A stretch of DNA of 64,000 nucleotides, taken from positions 2,240 to 66,239 of the forward strand of contig DEJJ01000011.1 in assembly GCA_002353285.1 (NCBI GenBank), written 5' to 3'. Of the stretch, positions 9,147-18,128 are shown one piece after another (the stretch's first letter is position 1; each line of letters begins with the position of its first letter). The notes under the pieces are model-generated. The model was not told the origin of the DNA, ran no database searches, and saw nothing but the letters and a program-made list of their open reading frames with translations. Made by a program: the position numbers and the translations under genes. Source of the stretch: Porphyromonadaceae bacterium UBA2751. Its GTDB lineage: Bacteria; Bacteroidota; Bacteroidia; Bacteroidales; Muribaculaceae.

Positions 9147-10103
9147 CTACTTGGCGAGACGGAAGCCAATGTCGTCGTCGGCAAAGTCGGGTTCCATCTT
9201 GAAGCGGTTAGACACGCGACAGTTTCTGCTCTCGCCAAACCAGCTGCCTCCACGGAAGACGCGACGAGTCTCGGAGTCAGGTCCGAGAGGGTCGACTTGC
9301 GACTCGGCCGAATAGTTGCCGTTCCAGTCGTTGACCCACTCCCACACGTTGCCACTCATGTCGAAGAGCCCCAGTTCATTGGCAGCCTTCTGAGCAACGC
9401 CATGCGATGAATTGCCAGAGTTCTGGTCGTACCAGGCAACGTCGTCAACATTGTTGCTACCTGAATAGAGATAGCCCTTGCTCAAGTTGCCACCACGAGC
9501 AGCGAACTCCCACTCGGCCTCGGTGGGGAGGCGGAAGTTCTCGCCAGTGAGCTCGTTGAGCTTTGCAATGAACTGCTGGCAGTCGTTCCAGCTAACCTTC
9601 TCGACAGCAAGTGTGCCCCCGCCATTGTTGACCGCAGGATTATTTCCCATTACAGCAGTCCACAGTTCTTGAGTGACCTCGGTTTGACCAATGGCATAGG
9701 TACTCAGTTTAACACGGTGGGCTGGGAACTCGTTGGAGTGAGCCTCGTCATCGCCAGGCATAGCACCCATCGTGAACGAGCCACCATCGACAGTGACCAT
9801 GACAAAAGAAACGCCATTAGCGGTGTATTCGGTCACTACAGGAGTGGGCTGGCCATTGAGCATAACATTGTAAATCTCGGTAATGTCGTTGGATGTAATG
9901 TGGCCATCGCCATCAACATCGTAAGCGGTTTCGGGATATACCATGATGTCATTAAGCAGATAGTTGTAAAGAACAGTGACATCGACCGAGGTGACAGAAC
10001 CGTCGCCATTGACATCCCACTTGAGAGCCGCTGCGGGCTGTGAGAATGCAAAAAGAGCAACTATTGCTCCCATTGCCAGTGATAATTTCTTGAAGGTTTT
10101 CAT
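9147..10103 (-). CDS. Secreted protein with N-terminal type I dockerin and an FGE-sulfatase (SUMF1, C-type-lectin fold) domain
   Basis: Signal peptide; duplicated DVNGDGSVTSVD / DVDGDGHITSND Ca-binding loops; RLPTEAEWEFAARGG, GLFDMSGNVWEW, RGGSW, GFRLA. Confidence 0.9.
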   Translation of the reverse strand: MKTFKKLSLAMGAIVALFAFSQPAAALKWDVNGDGSVTSVDVTVLYNYLLNDIMVYPETAYDVDGDGHITSNDITEIYNVMLNGQPTPVVTEYTANGVSFVMVTVDGGSFTMGAMPGDDEAHSNEFPAHRVKLSTYAIGQTEVTQELWTAVMGNNPAVNNGGGTLAVEKVSWNDCQQFIAKLNELTGENFRLPTEAEWEFAARGGNLSKGYLYSGSNNVDDVAWYDQNSGNSSHGVAQKAANELGLFDMSGNVWEWVNDWNGNYSAESQVDPLGPDSETRRVFRGGSWFGESRNCRVSNRFKMEPDFADDDIGFRLAK

Positions 10104-10193
10104 TATTAACAGTAATTAGTTTTGATTTTTTTATAATGCAAAGATAATGGAAATAAATATTATCACCAAATTTTATTTGGTTTTGTAGATATT

Positions 10194-11117
10194 TCAGTTG
10201 TGGTTCAATGCTGCCAAAGCTGCTGCAGTGCGTGCGGCGAGGCGAGCGTTGTTGAGCACCAGTTGGATGTTGGCATCGAGGCTGTTGCCACCAGTAATAT
10301 CCTTGATCTCGGCAAGCAGGAAGGGAGTGGTTGCCTTGCCCTTGATGCCAAGTGCGATGCTCTTTTTCACCGCCTTATCGATTGCCTCATTAATATAGTT
10401 GGGGTCGAGCGAATACTGCTCGGGGATGGGATTGGTCACGAGCATACCTCCCGCCAACCCCATGTCGAGCTTAGCCTGGAAGGCTGCGGCAAGCTCCTGT
10501 GGAGTGTCGATGCGATAGTCGACCTTGAAACCACTGGTGCGGGTGTAGAATGCAGGCAGTTCCTCGGTGCCATAGCCAATCACAGGCACGCCTTTAGTCT
10601 CAAGATACTCAAGTGTGAGCCCCAGGTCGAGAATCGACTTGGCGCCAGCACATATTACCATCACTGGCGTCATTGCCAGTTCCTCGAGGTCGGCACTGAT
10701 GTCCATGGTGGTCTCGGCTCCACGATGCACCCCTCCAATGCCACCAGTGGCAAATACTTTAATCCCTGCCATAGCAGCGATAATCATGGTGGTAGTTACT
10801 GTAGTAGCGCCATCCTCGCCACGAGCAATGAGCACTGGCAGGTCGCGACGAGATGCCTTGGTCACGGCTTGGCCTTTATGACCGAGATATTCAATTTCCT
10901 CGGGGGTGCAGCCCGCCTTGAGTTTGCCGCCAATGATGGCGATGGTGGCTGGCACAGCGCCATTGTCGCGGATGGTTTGTTCAACCTTGAGCGCCGTTTC
11001 CACATTTTGCGGATAGGGCATTCCGTGAGATATAATAGTTGACTCAAGTGCAACAACAGGTTTGTGAGCCTGAAGAGCGTCGTTTACTTCTTGCGAAATA
11101 GATAGGAATTTATTCAT
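10194..11117 (-). CDS. psuG: Pseudouridine-5'-phosphate glycosidase
   Basis: VALESTIISHGMPYPQN and GGIGGVHRG..DISADL motifs. Confidence 0.95.
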   Translation of the reverse strand: MNKFLSISQEVNDALQAHKPVVALESTIISHGMPYPQNVETALKVEQTIRDNGAVPATIAIIGGKLKAGCTPEEIEYLGHKGQAVTKASRRDLPVLIARGEDGATTVTTTMIIAAMAGIKVFATGGIGGVHRGAETTMDISADLEELAMTPVMVICAGAKSILDLGLTLEYLETKGVPVIGYGTEELPAFYTRTSGFKVDYRIDTPQELAAAFQAKLDMGLAGGMLVTNPIPEQYSLDPNYINEAIDKAVKKSIALGIKGKATTPFLLAEIKDITGGNSLDANIQLVLNNARLAARTAAALAALNHN

Positions 11118-11161
11118 GAGTTGTGAGTTTTTGAGTTATGAGTTATGAGTTTTTGAGTTTT
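11117..11161. repeat. 7/8-mer tandem repeat (GAGTTGT/GAGTTAT/GAGTTTTT)
   Basis: Same family as 6316-6395; fills the psuK-psuG spacer. Confidence 0.8.
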
Positions 11162-12042
11162 GCGATTTCGGGGTTGACTGCAGTGGGTGATTGTAATGCC
11201 AATGAGGCGGCTCTGACGCCAGCTTGGGCAGCTTGCTCCATGTTGTGTCCTTGAAGCTCAGCATGAACCACTGCAGCCATGAAAGCGTCGCCCGCACCAG
11301 TGGCGTTGACCACATTCACGGCCTGCGACGGTATGGCACAGCTGCAATGCCCATCATGACAAAACACCCCTTTAGGCCCCATTGTGATGAAGATGCGCGT
11401 CACGCCCTGGTCAATGAACCAGCGTGCCATAGCCTCGAGGTCGCCCTTGTGGCCTGAGATAGCCCTCGCCTCGGTAAGGTTGACCTTTACAATGAGTGGA
11501 GCTTGCCGCTCAATGCCAAGCATGGCCTTGATTTTCATCGCCTTCAAAGCCGATGTGGCATCGATATAGAGTGGCACACTGCAGTGCCGTGCAAGATATT
11601 GCATCACCTGTTCATCGGGATTGCAGTCGGCCACCACAACTTCGCTTGCGTTGATGTTAGCCATGTGCGCCTCAATCATTGCTGGAGTGAGATGAGCCAT
11701 GAGCTCCATGTCGGCCGCTCCAGCCTGCATCTCACCATTGTGGTCGTTAACACAAATGAAATAGTTGCTCCTCGCACCAGCAATTTCAAGAATGGGATCA
11801 ACCGTCATGCCCACATGGCGGCAGTTGTCGCGCAGAGAGAGGGCAATGCTATCGTCGCCAAAGACAGTGAAAAGCCTCACCTGCTCTCCCATCAGGCACA
11901 AATTGTGAGCAATGTTACGCCCCACTCCACCAAAAGCAATCTCCACTCGGCTTGGATTGCTGTCGCACGGGATGTATCGCCCCAATGGCGAGGCAGTTAT
12001 ATCAACATTGGCTGCGCCAATGACTGTAATAGGATGCATCAT
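11143..12042 (-). CDS. psuK: PfkB-family kinase, probable pseudouridine kinase
   Basis: GGVGRNIAHNL and NATGAGDAF motifs; adjacent to psuG. Confidence 0.8.
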   Translation of the reverse strand: MMHPITVIGAANVDITASPLGRYIPCDSNPSRVEIAFGGVGRNIAHNLCLMGEQVRLFTVFGDDSIALSLRDNCRHVGMTVDPILEIAGARSNYFICVNDHNGEMQAGAADMELMAHLTPAMIEAHMANINASEVVVADCNPDEQVMQYLARHCSVPLYIDATSALKAMKIKAMLGIERQAPLIVKVNLTEARAISGHKGDLEAMARWFIDQGVTRIFITMGPKGVFCHDGHCSCAIPSQAVNVVNATGAGDAFMAAVVHAELQGHNMEQAAQAGVRAASLALQSPTAVNPEIAKLKNS

Positions 12043-12048
12043 GAATTG

Positions 12049-13617
12049 TCATACATTAAATGATTGAAAAAGAGCCTCGGCACACCGCTCACCGTCGATG
12101 GCACTTGAAACTATTCCACCAGCATAGCCAGCACCCTCGCCACATGGGTAAAGTCCCTTAAAGTTGATGTGATGCAGCAGCTCGCTATCGCGTGTGATGC
12201 GAAGAGGTGACGATGTGCGAGTCTCAACGGCAATGACTATTGCTTCATTAGTTAGGAAACCTCGTGCTTGACGATCGAAAATCTTGAAGCCCTTGGTGAG
12301 ACGATGGCTAATGAACTGCGGCAACCACTGGTCGAGACGTGAGGGCTGCAATCCAGCAGCAAACGATGACGGTGGGATGAGTTTTGATGGCTTCCCTTGC
12401 ACAAAATCGAGCATGCGCTGAGCTCCAGCACACTGGCTGTTGCCCGCCATTTGGAAAGCACGTTGTTCCAGCGCCTCCTGGAATCGCATCACCCGCAAGA
12501 TTCCGTACTCATGGAATCGCTTGGGGACGTCGGCAGGACGCACCTCGACCACCATGCCACTATTGGCCCAATGCGAGCCACGTGTGCTTGGCGACATGCC
12601 GTTGACCACCAGTTGGCCTGGCTCACTTGCCGCTGGCACCACAATGCCCCCAGGACACATGCAGAAGGAGTAGACACCACGGTCGGCCACCTGAGTGACA
12701 AAACTGTATTCGGCAGCAGGCAGATAGTCGCCACGTCCGCCCGAGCGGTGATACTGAATCTGGTCAATAAGGTGCTGCGGATGCTCCAGACGCACTCCCA
12801 CAGCGATACCTTTCTCCTCCATAGCAACCCCAGCATCGTAGAGCATCTCATAGACATCGCGCGCGGAATGCCCAGTAGCAAGAATAACCGGCCCGATGAA
12901 TTGCTCACCTGTTGAACTTTTCACACCTGTGACCTCACGCTGGTCATTAATTATCAGCTCGGTGACACGAGTGCCAAAATGCACCTCTCCCCCATTGTTG
13001 AGGATAGTGTTGCGCATGTTCTCAATAATGCCAGGCAGCTTGTCGCTACCGATGTGTGGATGTGCGTCGATGAGGATATTCTCGCTGGCACCATGCTGAT
13101 AGAAGATGCCCAGGATGCGCTCGACCGATCCGCGCTTCTTGCTGCGAGTGTAGAGCTTGCCATCGCTATAAGCACCTGCCCCACCCTCGCCAAAGCAGTA
13201 GTTGCTATCGGGGTCGACTTGTCCCAATCGGGATATTGCAGCCACGTCGAGCCGACGGTCTCGCACATTCTTACCACGCTCGAGCACAATGGGCTTGATG
13301 CCCAGTTCAATGAGACGAAGAGCCGCAAAGAGACCGCCTGGACCAGCCCCCACCACAACAGCCTGACGGTCGTCCTTCACTGGCCGATAAACGATGGGGG
13401 GCACGATGAAATCGTCACGCATAGGCTCGTCGATGTAGGCCCTCACCTTGAGGTTGACCATTACCCGTTCCTTGCGGGCATCAATCGAACGTCTTACTAT
13501 GCGCACTCCACTGAGGCGCCTGCGCATAATGCCCTCATTTTTTGCCACCAGTTCCTCGACTGCATCAATGAAATGAGCAGTTCGCGGGTCGACCCGCAGT
13601 TGTAGTTCTTTTATCAT
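12049..13617 (-). CDS. NAD(P)/FAD-dependent oxidoreductase (uncharacterised family); likely start MIKEL at 13617
   Basis: VGAGPGG, GEGGAGAYSDGKL, YSFCMCPGG, GEGAGYAGGIVSSAIDG. Confidence 0.85.
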   Translation of the reverse strand: MIKELQLRVDPRTAHFIDAVEELVAKNEGIMRRRLSGVRIVRRSIDARKERVMVNLKVRAYIDEPMRDDFIVPPIVYRPVKDDRQAVVVGAGPGGLFAALRLIELGIKPIVLERGKNVRDRRLDVAAISRLGQVDPDSNYCFGEGGAGAYSDGKLYTRSKKRGSVERILGIFYQHGASENILIDAHPHIGSDKLPGIIENMRNTILNNGGEVHFGTRVTELIINDQREVTGVKSSTGEQFIGPVILATGHSARDVYEMLYDAGVAMEEKGIAVGVRLEHPQHLIDQIQYHRSGGRGDYLPAAEYSFVTQVADRGVYSFCMCPGGIVVPAASEPGQLVVNGMSPSTRGSHWANSGMVVEVRPADVPKRFHEYGILRVMRFQEALEQRAFQMAGNSQCAGAQRMLDFVQGKPSKLIPPSSFAAGLQPSRLDQWLPQFISHRLTKGFKIFDRQARGFLTNEAIVIAVETRTSSPLRITRDSELLHHINFKGLYPCGEGAGYAGGIVSSAIDGERCAEALFQSFNV

Positions 13618-13668
13618 ACCAATTAATTTAATGTGCAAATTTAAGAAAAAAATGCAACATCATGAAGT

Positions 13669-14247
13669 TTAGAAGAGTTTAGCCAAGTTCTCACTCATCA
13701 TTTTCACTGCCATAGCAAGGAGGATGATACCAAAGAACTTGCGCAGGAAGAAGATGCCACCCTCACCCAAAAATTTCTGTATCTTATCGGTAGCCTTAAT
13801 GACCACAAAGACCCAGACCATGTTGATGGCCAGGCCAATGAGAATATTGATATCGGCATACATTGCCTTGAGCGAGATTAGCGTTGTGAGCACTCCCGCG
13901 CCAGCAATAAGAGGGAACACCATAGGCACAATGGTGGCTCCACCACCAGGTGCATTGTTCTTGAAAATCTCTACATCAAGTATCATCTCGAGAGCCATGA
14001 GGAACATCAGGAAACCACCTGCTGCGGCAAACGATTGGATATTGCAGTTGAAGATTTCAAGAATCCAGTAACCACCATAATAGAAACCGACCATAACGAT
14101 AGCCGAGTAGATGGTAGCTTTCCAAGCATTGACCTCACGCCCCTTAGCACGCAGATCCATGATAATGGGCACCGAGCCCACGATGTCGATGATACTGAGA
14201 AGCACCAGTGCCGAACTAAGAATTTGAGTGAAATTAATTTTTCCCAT
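13669..14247 (-). CDS. marC: MarC family membrane protein
   Basis: IIDIVGSVPII, IVPMVFPLIAGAG, LRKFFGIILLA; multiple TM segments. Confidence 0.9.
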   Translation of the reverse strand: MGKINFTQILSSALVLLSIIDIVGSVPIIMDLRAKGREVNAWKATIYSAIVMVGFYYGGYWILEIFNCNIQSFAAAGGFLMFLMALEMILDVEIFKNNAPGGGATIVPMVFPLIAGAGVLTTLISLKAMYADINILIGLAINMVWVFVVIKATDKIQKFLGEGGIFFLRKFFGIILLAMAVKMMSENLAKLF

Positions 14248-14265
14248 TTGTTGCTTACTGTAAAC

Positions 14266-14772
14266 TTATTGTGAATGATGTTTCTTGTGTGCCACCAGCT
14301 CAATAGCCTCCTTGCCAGTGAGGTGATCAATGTGAAACTTGAGCATGAGCATGTGGGCAAAACTTTTTTCAAGCTCACGTTTCAGTCCAGCTTCATCACC
14401 TGGATTGTACTTGCGGCCAAGAGCCTGAGCGGTAGCCAGTTTATCATCAAGATTCTCGATAATAGAGATGTGGCCAAAAGCTATCACACTGCGAAAATAG
14501 GTGGTGTATTCCTCGCCATGAACATCGTCCTTGTCGATAACGCAAAACGATGCCTTGTTGTGACGCCTGATGGCATCAATCTTGTGTCCCTCAAGAGCGC
14601 TGTGGAAATAGATGGTTCCATCGTGGAACACATAGCTCAATGGCACAGCATAAGGGTAGTCGTCATCGCCGAGCACCGCCAATGTGCCGGAGGTTGCTTT
14701 TTTCAGAATTGCAAGGCATTGCTCCTGCTTGAGCTGCTGCTTGATGCGTCGCATAGGTCTAAAATTCATCAC
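14266..14772 (-). CDS. nim: Nim-family 5-nitroimidazole reductase (PNPOx-like fold)
   Basis: FRPMRR..QQL, DYPYAVPLSYV, YFHSALEGHKIDAI, YTTYFRSVIAFG and HLTGKEAIELV are Nim-type motifs as recalled. Confidence 0.8.
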   Translation of the reverse strand: MMNFRPMRRIKQQLKQEQCLAILKKATSGTLAVLGDDDYPYAVPLSYVFHDGTIYFHSALEGHKIDAIRRHNKASFCVIDKDDVHGEEYTTYFRSVIAFGHISIIENLDDKLATAQALGRKYNPGDEAGLKRELEKSFAHMLMLKFHIDHLTGKEAIELVAHKKHHSQ

Positions 14773-15092
14773 GATAGCAATTTAAGTCCAACAATAGATA
14801 TGATTAGAGTAGTGATAAAAAATAATCGCCAAAAAGTGGTAGGCTCATTAAAGAAGAAAATGCCTACCAAGACTGTCCCCACAGCACCGATTCCGGTCCA
14901 CACAGGATAGGCAGTGCCTATGGGAATGGTCAGAGTGGCCTTAGCCAGCAGCCACATACTCATCACAGTAAAAGTTAAGAAGCCTCCCATCCAGCTCCAC
15001 CACTCCCATCCAGATACTTGCTTGGCACGACCCAGGCAGTAGGTGAATCCCACCTCACACAAGCCTGCGATTATCAAGACAAACCAGTTCAT
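14769..15092 (-). CDS. gdx: SMR transporter, Gdx/SugE subtype (guanidinium exporter); likely start MNWFV at 15092
   Basis: 107 aa, 4 TM, conserved Glu (AGLCEVGF), IPIGTAYPVWTGIGAVG. Confidence 0.85.
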   Translation of the reverse strand: MNWFVLIIAGLCEVGFTYCLGRAKQVSGWEWWSWMGGFLTFTVMSMWLLAKATLTIPIGTAYPVWTGIGAVGTVLVGIFFFNEPTTFWRLFFITTLIISIVGLKLLS

Positions 15093-15102
15093 AACATTAA
15101 CA

Positions 15103-15150
15103 AGACGGCCTGTTCTGAGGGCTGCAGCAATGGCTGGCGTCTCCTTCTTA
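15103..15150 (-). ncRNA. Candidate guanidine-III (ykkC-III)-like riboswitch
   Basis: AAGG-AGACGCC...CCT-CAGAACAG-GCCGTCT lies between a TATCTTTG box (15159-15166) and the gdx ATG; pseudoknot-type pairing and a CAGRACAR linker. Confidence 0.55.
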
Positions 15151-15188
15151 AGGCGATGCAAAGATAATAATTTTTTTTCAGAGTTAGG

Positions 15189-16865
15189 TTAGGCGAGGGC
15201 GAGGATGATGAGTTGTGCTGTTATCACTCGCAGGAACATTGTTAGCGGATAGACGGTACTATATGCCACCGATGGTGCATCGTTACCAGCAGTTTTATTG
15301 GCATAAGCCAGTGCTGGTGGGTCGGTAGTGGCACCAGCCACCATTCCCATGATGGTGCAGTAGTTGAGATGGAACTTGCCGCGCGCCACGAGGGTGACGA
15401 TGAGAAGCGGAATGAAGGTGATGAGAAAACCATAGAGTACCCATTGTGCACCCTGAGCGTTGAACACCGTTGCTGCAAAGTTGCCACCTGCAGCTATTCC
15501 CACACTGGCAAGGAAGAGGCAGATGCCCAACTCTCGCAAGAGCAAATTAGAACTACTGCTTGTGTAAGTGATAAGCTTTAACTTGTAGCCATAGCGTCCC
15601 AGCAGAATTGCCACGATGAGAGGTCCACCAGCAAGACCAAGCTTCATGGGCACGGTCATGCCTGGGAGCATCAATGGGATGCTGCCGAGCAAAATTCCCA
15701 TCACGATACCAATAAACATGGTGAAGATGTTGGGATGGTCAAGCATCTTCATGGAGTTACCCATGCGGTCGGCAAGGCGGTTGATATCATTGATATTGCC
15801 CACCACAGTGAGTCGGTCGCCCACCTGCAGCGACAGGTTGGGGCTGGCAAGCAGGTCGATACCAGCACGATGCACTCGGGTGACATTAACTTTGTAGCCC
15901 ATGCGCAGTCGCAGCGAGCCAAGTTTGCGCCCCGAGAGTTCGCTCTTAGTCACCACAATGCGTCGTGATGTAACCGGGTCGGGGTCAGCTTTCCAGTCCA
16001 TAGTCTCGTGAGGGCCAAGCACAGCATCAAACATTTCCTCGTCCTGCTGGCTCATGACAACCAGCAGCAAGTCACCCTCCTCAATGAGAGTGTCGCTCAC
16101 GGGAATATACACATGTCCGTCGCCCTTGCGAATGCGCGAGATGACGAAGTTGTGGTCAATGATTTGGTGCAGATGATAAATTGTTGAGCCAATGATTAGC
16201 TTATTGGTCACTTTATAAGTAACAAGGTGTGGTTGCAACTGCGAATTGGTTTTCTCGTCCTCAATCTCTTTAGCTTCCTTGTCGACCCCAATCTTGAAAA
16301 TCGCTTTCACCACAATCATCGATAGGATAATGCCCACCACGCCAAGCGGATAGGCTGCGGCATAGCCCATCGACATCGACTCGTTGAGTGCAGCAGCACT
16401 GTCGCCCTGGGTTTCAATGAGAGTTTGCTGAGCAGCACCGAGTCCTGGAGTGTTGGTCACCGCACCCGACAGGATTCCCACCAAGTCGGTAATCTTCACA
16501 TTACCCACTCCAAAGTAAATGCCTAAAGCCACTGCAATGTTCAGGAAAATGACTGCTATAGCCAGTCCATTGAGTGTGACACCGCCTTGCTTGAACGAAG
16601 AGAAGAACGACGGTCCCACCTGAAGTCCTATTGAGAAAATGAATAAAATGAGACCAAACTCCTGAATGAATTTAAGGATATTCATGTCGACGGTAAGCCC
16701 CAAGTGCCCGGCAAGTATGCCCACAAAGAGCACAAACGTTGCTCCCAGGGAGACTCCTTTTACCTTCACTTTGCCCAAGATAACGCCCAGGGCAATAACC
16801 ATAGCATAAATAAAAATGGAATGTGCCACTCCTGTCCCAGTAAAAATGTCAATCAGCCAGTTCAT
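15189..16865 (-). CDS. AspT/YidE/YbjL family transporter with TrkA-C domains
   Basis: GAVTNTPGLGAA, YPLGVVG, GATTDPPALAYA, YSTVYPL. Confidence 0.9.
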   Translation of the reverse strand: MNWLIDIFTGTGVAHSIFIYAMVIALGVILGKVKVKGVSLGATFVLFVGILAGHLGLTVDMNILKFIQEFGLILFIFSIGLQVGPSFFSSFKQGGVTLNGLAIAVIFLNIAVALGIYFGVGNVKITDLVGILSGAVTNTPGLGAAQQTLIETQGDSAAALNESMSMGYAAAYPLGVVGIILSMIVVKAIFKIGVDKEAKEIEDEKTNSQLQPHLVTYKVTNKLIIGSTIYHLHQIIDHNFVISRIRKGDGHVYIPVSDTLIEEGDLLLVVMSQQDEEMFDAVLGPHETMDWKADPDPVTSRRIVVTKSELSGRKLGSLRLRMGYKVNVTRVHRAGIDLLASPNLSLQVGDRLTVVGNINDINRLADRMGNSMKMLDHPNIFTMFIGIVMGILLGSIPLMLPGMTVPMKLGLAGGPLIVAILLGRYGYKLKLITYTSSSSNLLLRELGICLFLASVGIAAGGNFAATVFNAQGAQWVLYGFLITFIPLLIVTLVARGKFHLNYCTIMGMVAGATTDPPALAYANKTAGNDAPSVAYSTVYPLTMFLRVITAQLIILALA

Positions 16866-17078
16866 TACGTCTTAATTTTTTCATAGTTGTGCACTACCGT
16901 GGGCGGTAGTGTTGCGAATCGTTCATTTTCAAGACGCAAAATTACATATTATTTCCTAAATAATATTATTCCAAAAGCCAAAACTTTTCAACTTTAGCGG
17001 AACAGAAGTTCCAAAGTTGAAAAATAGAAGGCATACATGTTACTGAGGCTAAAGGTTACTGCCCTAAGTGGGTTGTAG

Positions 17079-17945
17079 TTACTCCATGCGCTGTAAGCTT
17101 TGAGTGATTATTGTTGAGGCTTGAGAAATAAAATCGGGCGATAAGGCGAATCCATTATTGCCAGCGCCATAAACGAAACCTTTTAGTAAATTAGCATCAT
17201 GATCGCTAAGTGATTCATCATAATGATAAGCGATAAAAGCACCAAGCAAATAAGGGAATCTGAGATTATTGGGAAAAGAGTGAGTTTCCCCCTCACCTGA
17301 AAATATGTTATCAATTTTAGCAAGGACCTCGGCCGAAAGACGCACCAATTGCTCATAACTGAGTGCATTGTAGTCGACAGCTGTCATAAGGAACAGAGAT
17401 AGTGCATTAAGCCTATAAGAAGAAGCTCCTGGCTGGGAAGAATAATCAAGTTCACAATATAGGTTGAGTAATTCCAAGGCACCTGTTTTACGCTGCATAA
17501 GCTCTCTATAACTATTTGCCAGAGCCATATAGAAAACATTTTGATAAATCACATTAACCGCAAAGTAATTTACAGCGTAGGGGTGATTATAGCAAGTGAG
17601 GGCAAGATTGCGAGTTGACATTACTTGAAGCTTGTGACTGGGGATGTCGCACATAGCCATTAACTCTTCGAAATTGTGAGCCTCGCCTTTATGCTCTTGC
17701 CAGTAAGAATAATCCCCTGCTTCACCTGTTAGTCCACTGTCATCAACGACCGCAGAGGGCCACATCAATATTCCGTTGCCATACTTTTCATAACCAGCCA
17801 ATAACGGTGCTACACGATCAGGTGTTCCGCGGTCAACTTCAACTCTGTTGATGTTGCCAGGTTCGTCGTTTTTGTCATTGCATGATGTTGACAAAACAAC
17901 AATCGATGCCAACATTAAAAAGCAAACTATTTGTTTCATAATCAA
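17079..17945 (-). CDS. Hypothetical lipoprotein
   Basis: Lipobox STSC followed by acidic NDKNDEP; AT-rich. Confidence 0.75.
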   Translation of the reverse strand: MIMKQIVCFLMLASIVVLSTSCNDKNDEPGNINRVEVDRGTPDRVAPLLAGYEKYGNGILMWPSAVVDDSGLTGEAGDYSYWQEHKGEAHNFEELMAMCDIPSHKLQVMSTRNLALTCYNHPYAVNYFAVNVIYQNVFYMALANSYRELMQRKTGALELLNLYCELDYSSQPGASSYRLNALSLFLMTAVDYNALSYEQLVRLSAEVLAKIDNIFSGEGETHSFPNNLRFPYLLGAFIAYHYDESLSDHDANLLKGFVYGAGNNGFALSPDFISQASTIITQSLQRME

Positions 17946-18029
17946 GAAAGTGATTTATATAATATATAACTCTTAATATTTGTCACAAAGACTAATTAAC
18001 CTCTAGTCATTGTGAGGATATTGTTTTTA

Positions 18030-18121
18030 TATATTAATGCACAAAGTTAGAAATCTTGCATTAATTTTGCAAAAAAATGGATTGGAGGATGCAAGATTTT
18101 CAATGATTACTCATTATTATA
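18030..18121. promoter_or_regulatory. Back-to-back candidate ECF promoters ATGCAAGATTT-N11/12-CATTAWTAT
   Basis: Inverted copies at 18051-18061 (-) and 18089-18099 (+), each followed by CATTA(A/T)TAT. Confidence 0.6.
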
Positions 18122-18128
18122 GTAGATT

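Noticed and set aside
9147-10103. Complete DGR locus, or a true formylglycine-generating enzyme
   Set aside because: No RT, avd or template repeat in the window, and the FGE catalytic Cys pair is not present.
14769-15161. 130-aa N-terminally extended SMR
   Set aside because: The extension overlaps the promoter and riboswitch-like leader; the canonical 107-aa SMR starts at 15092.
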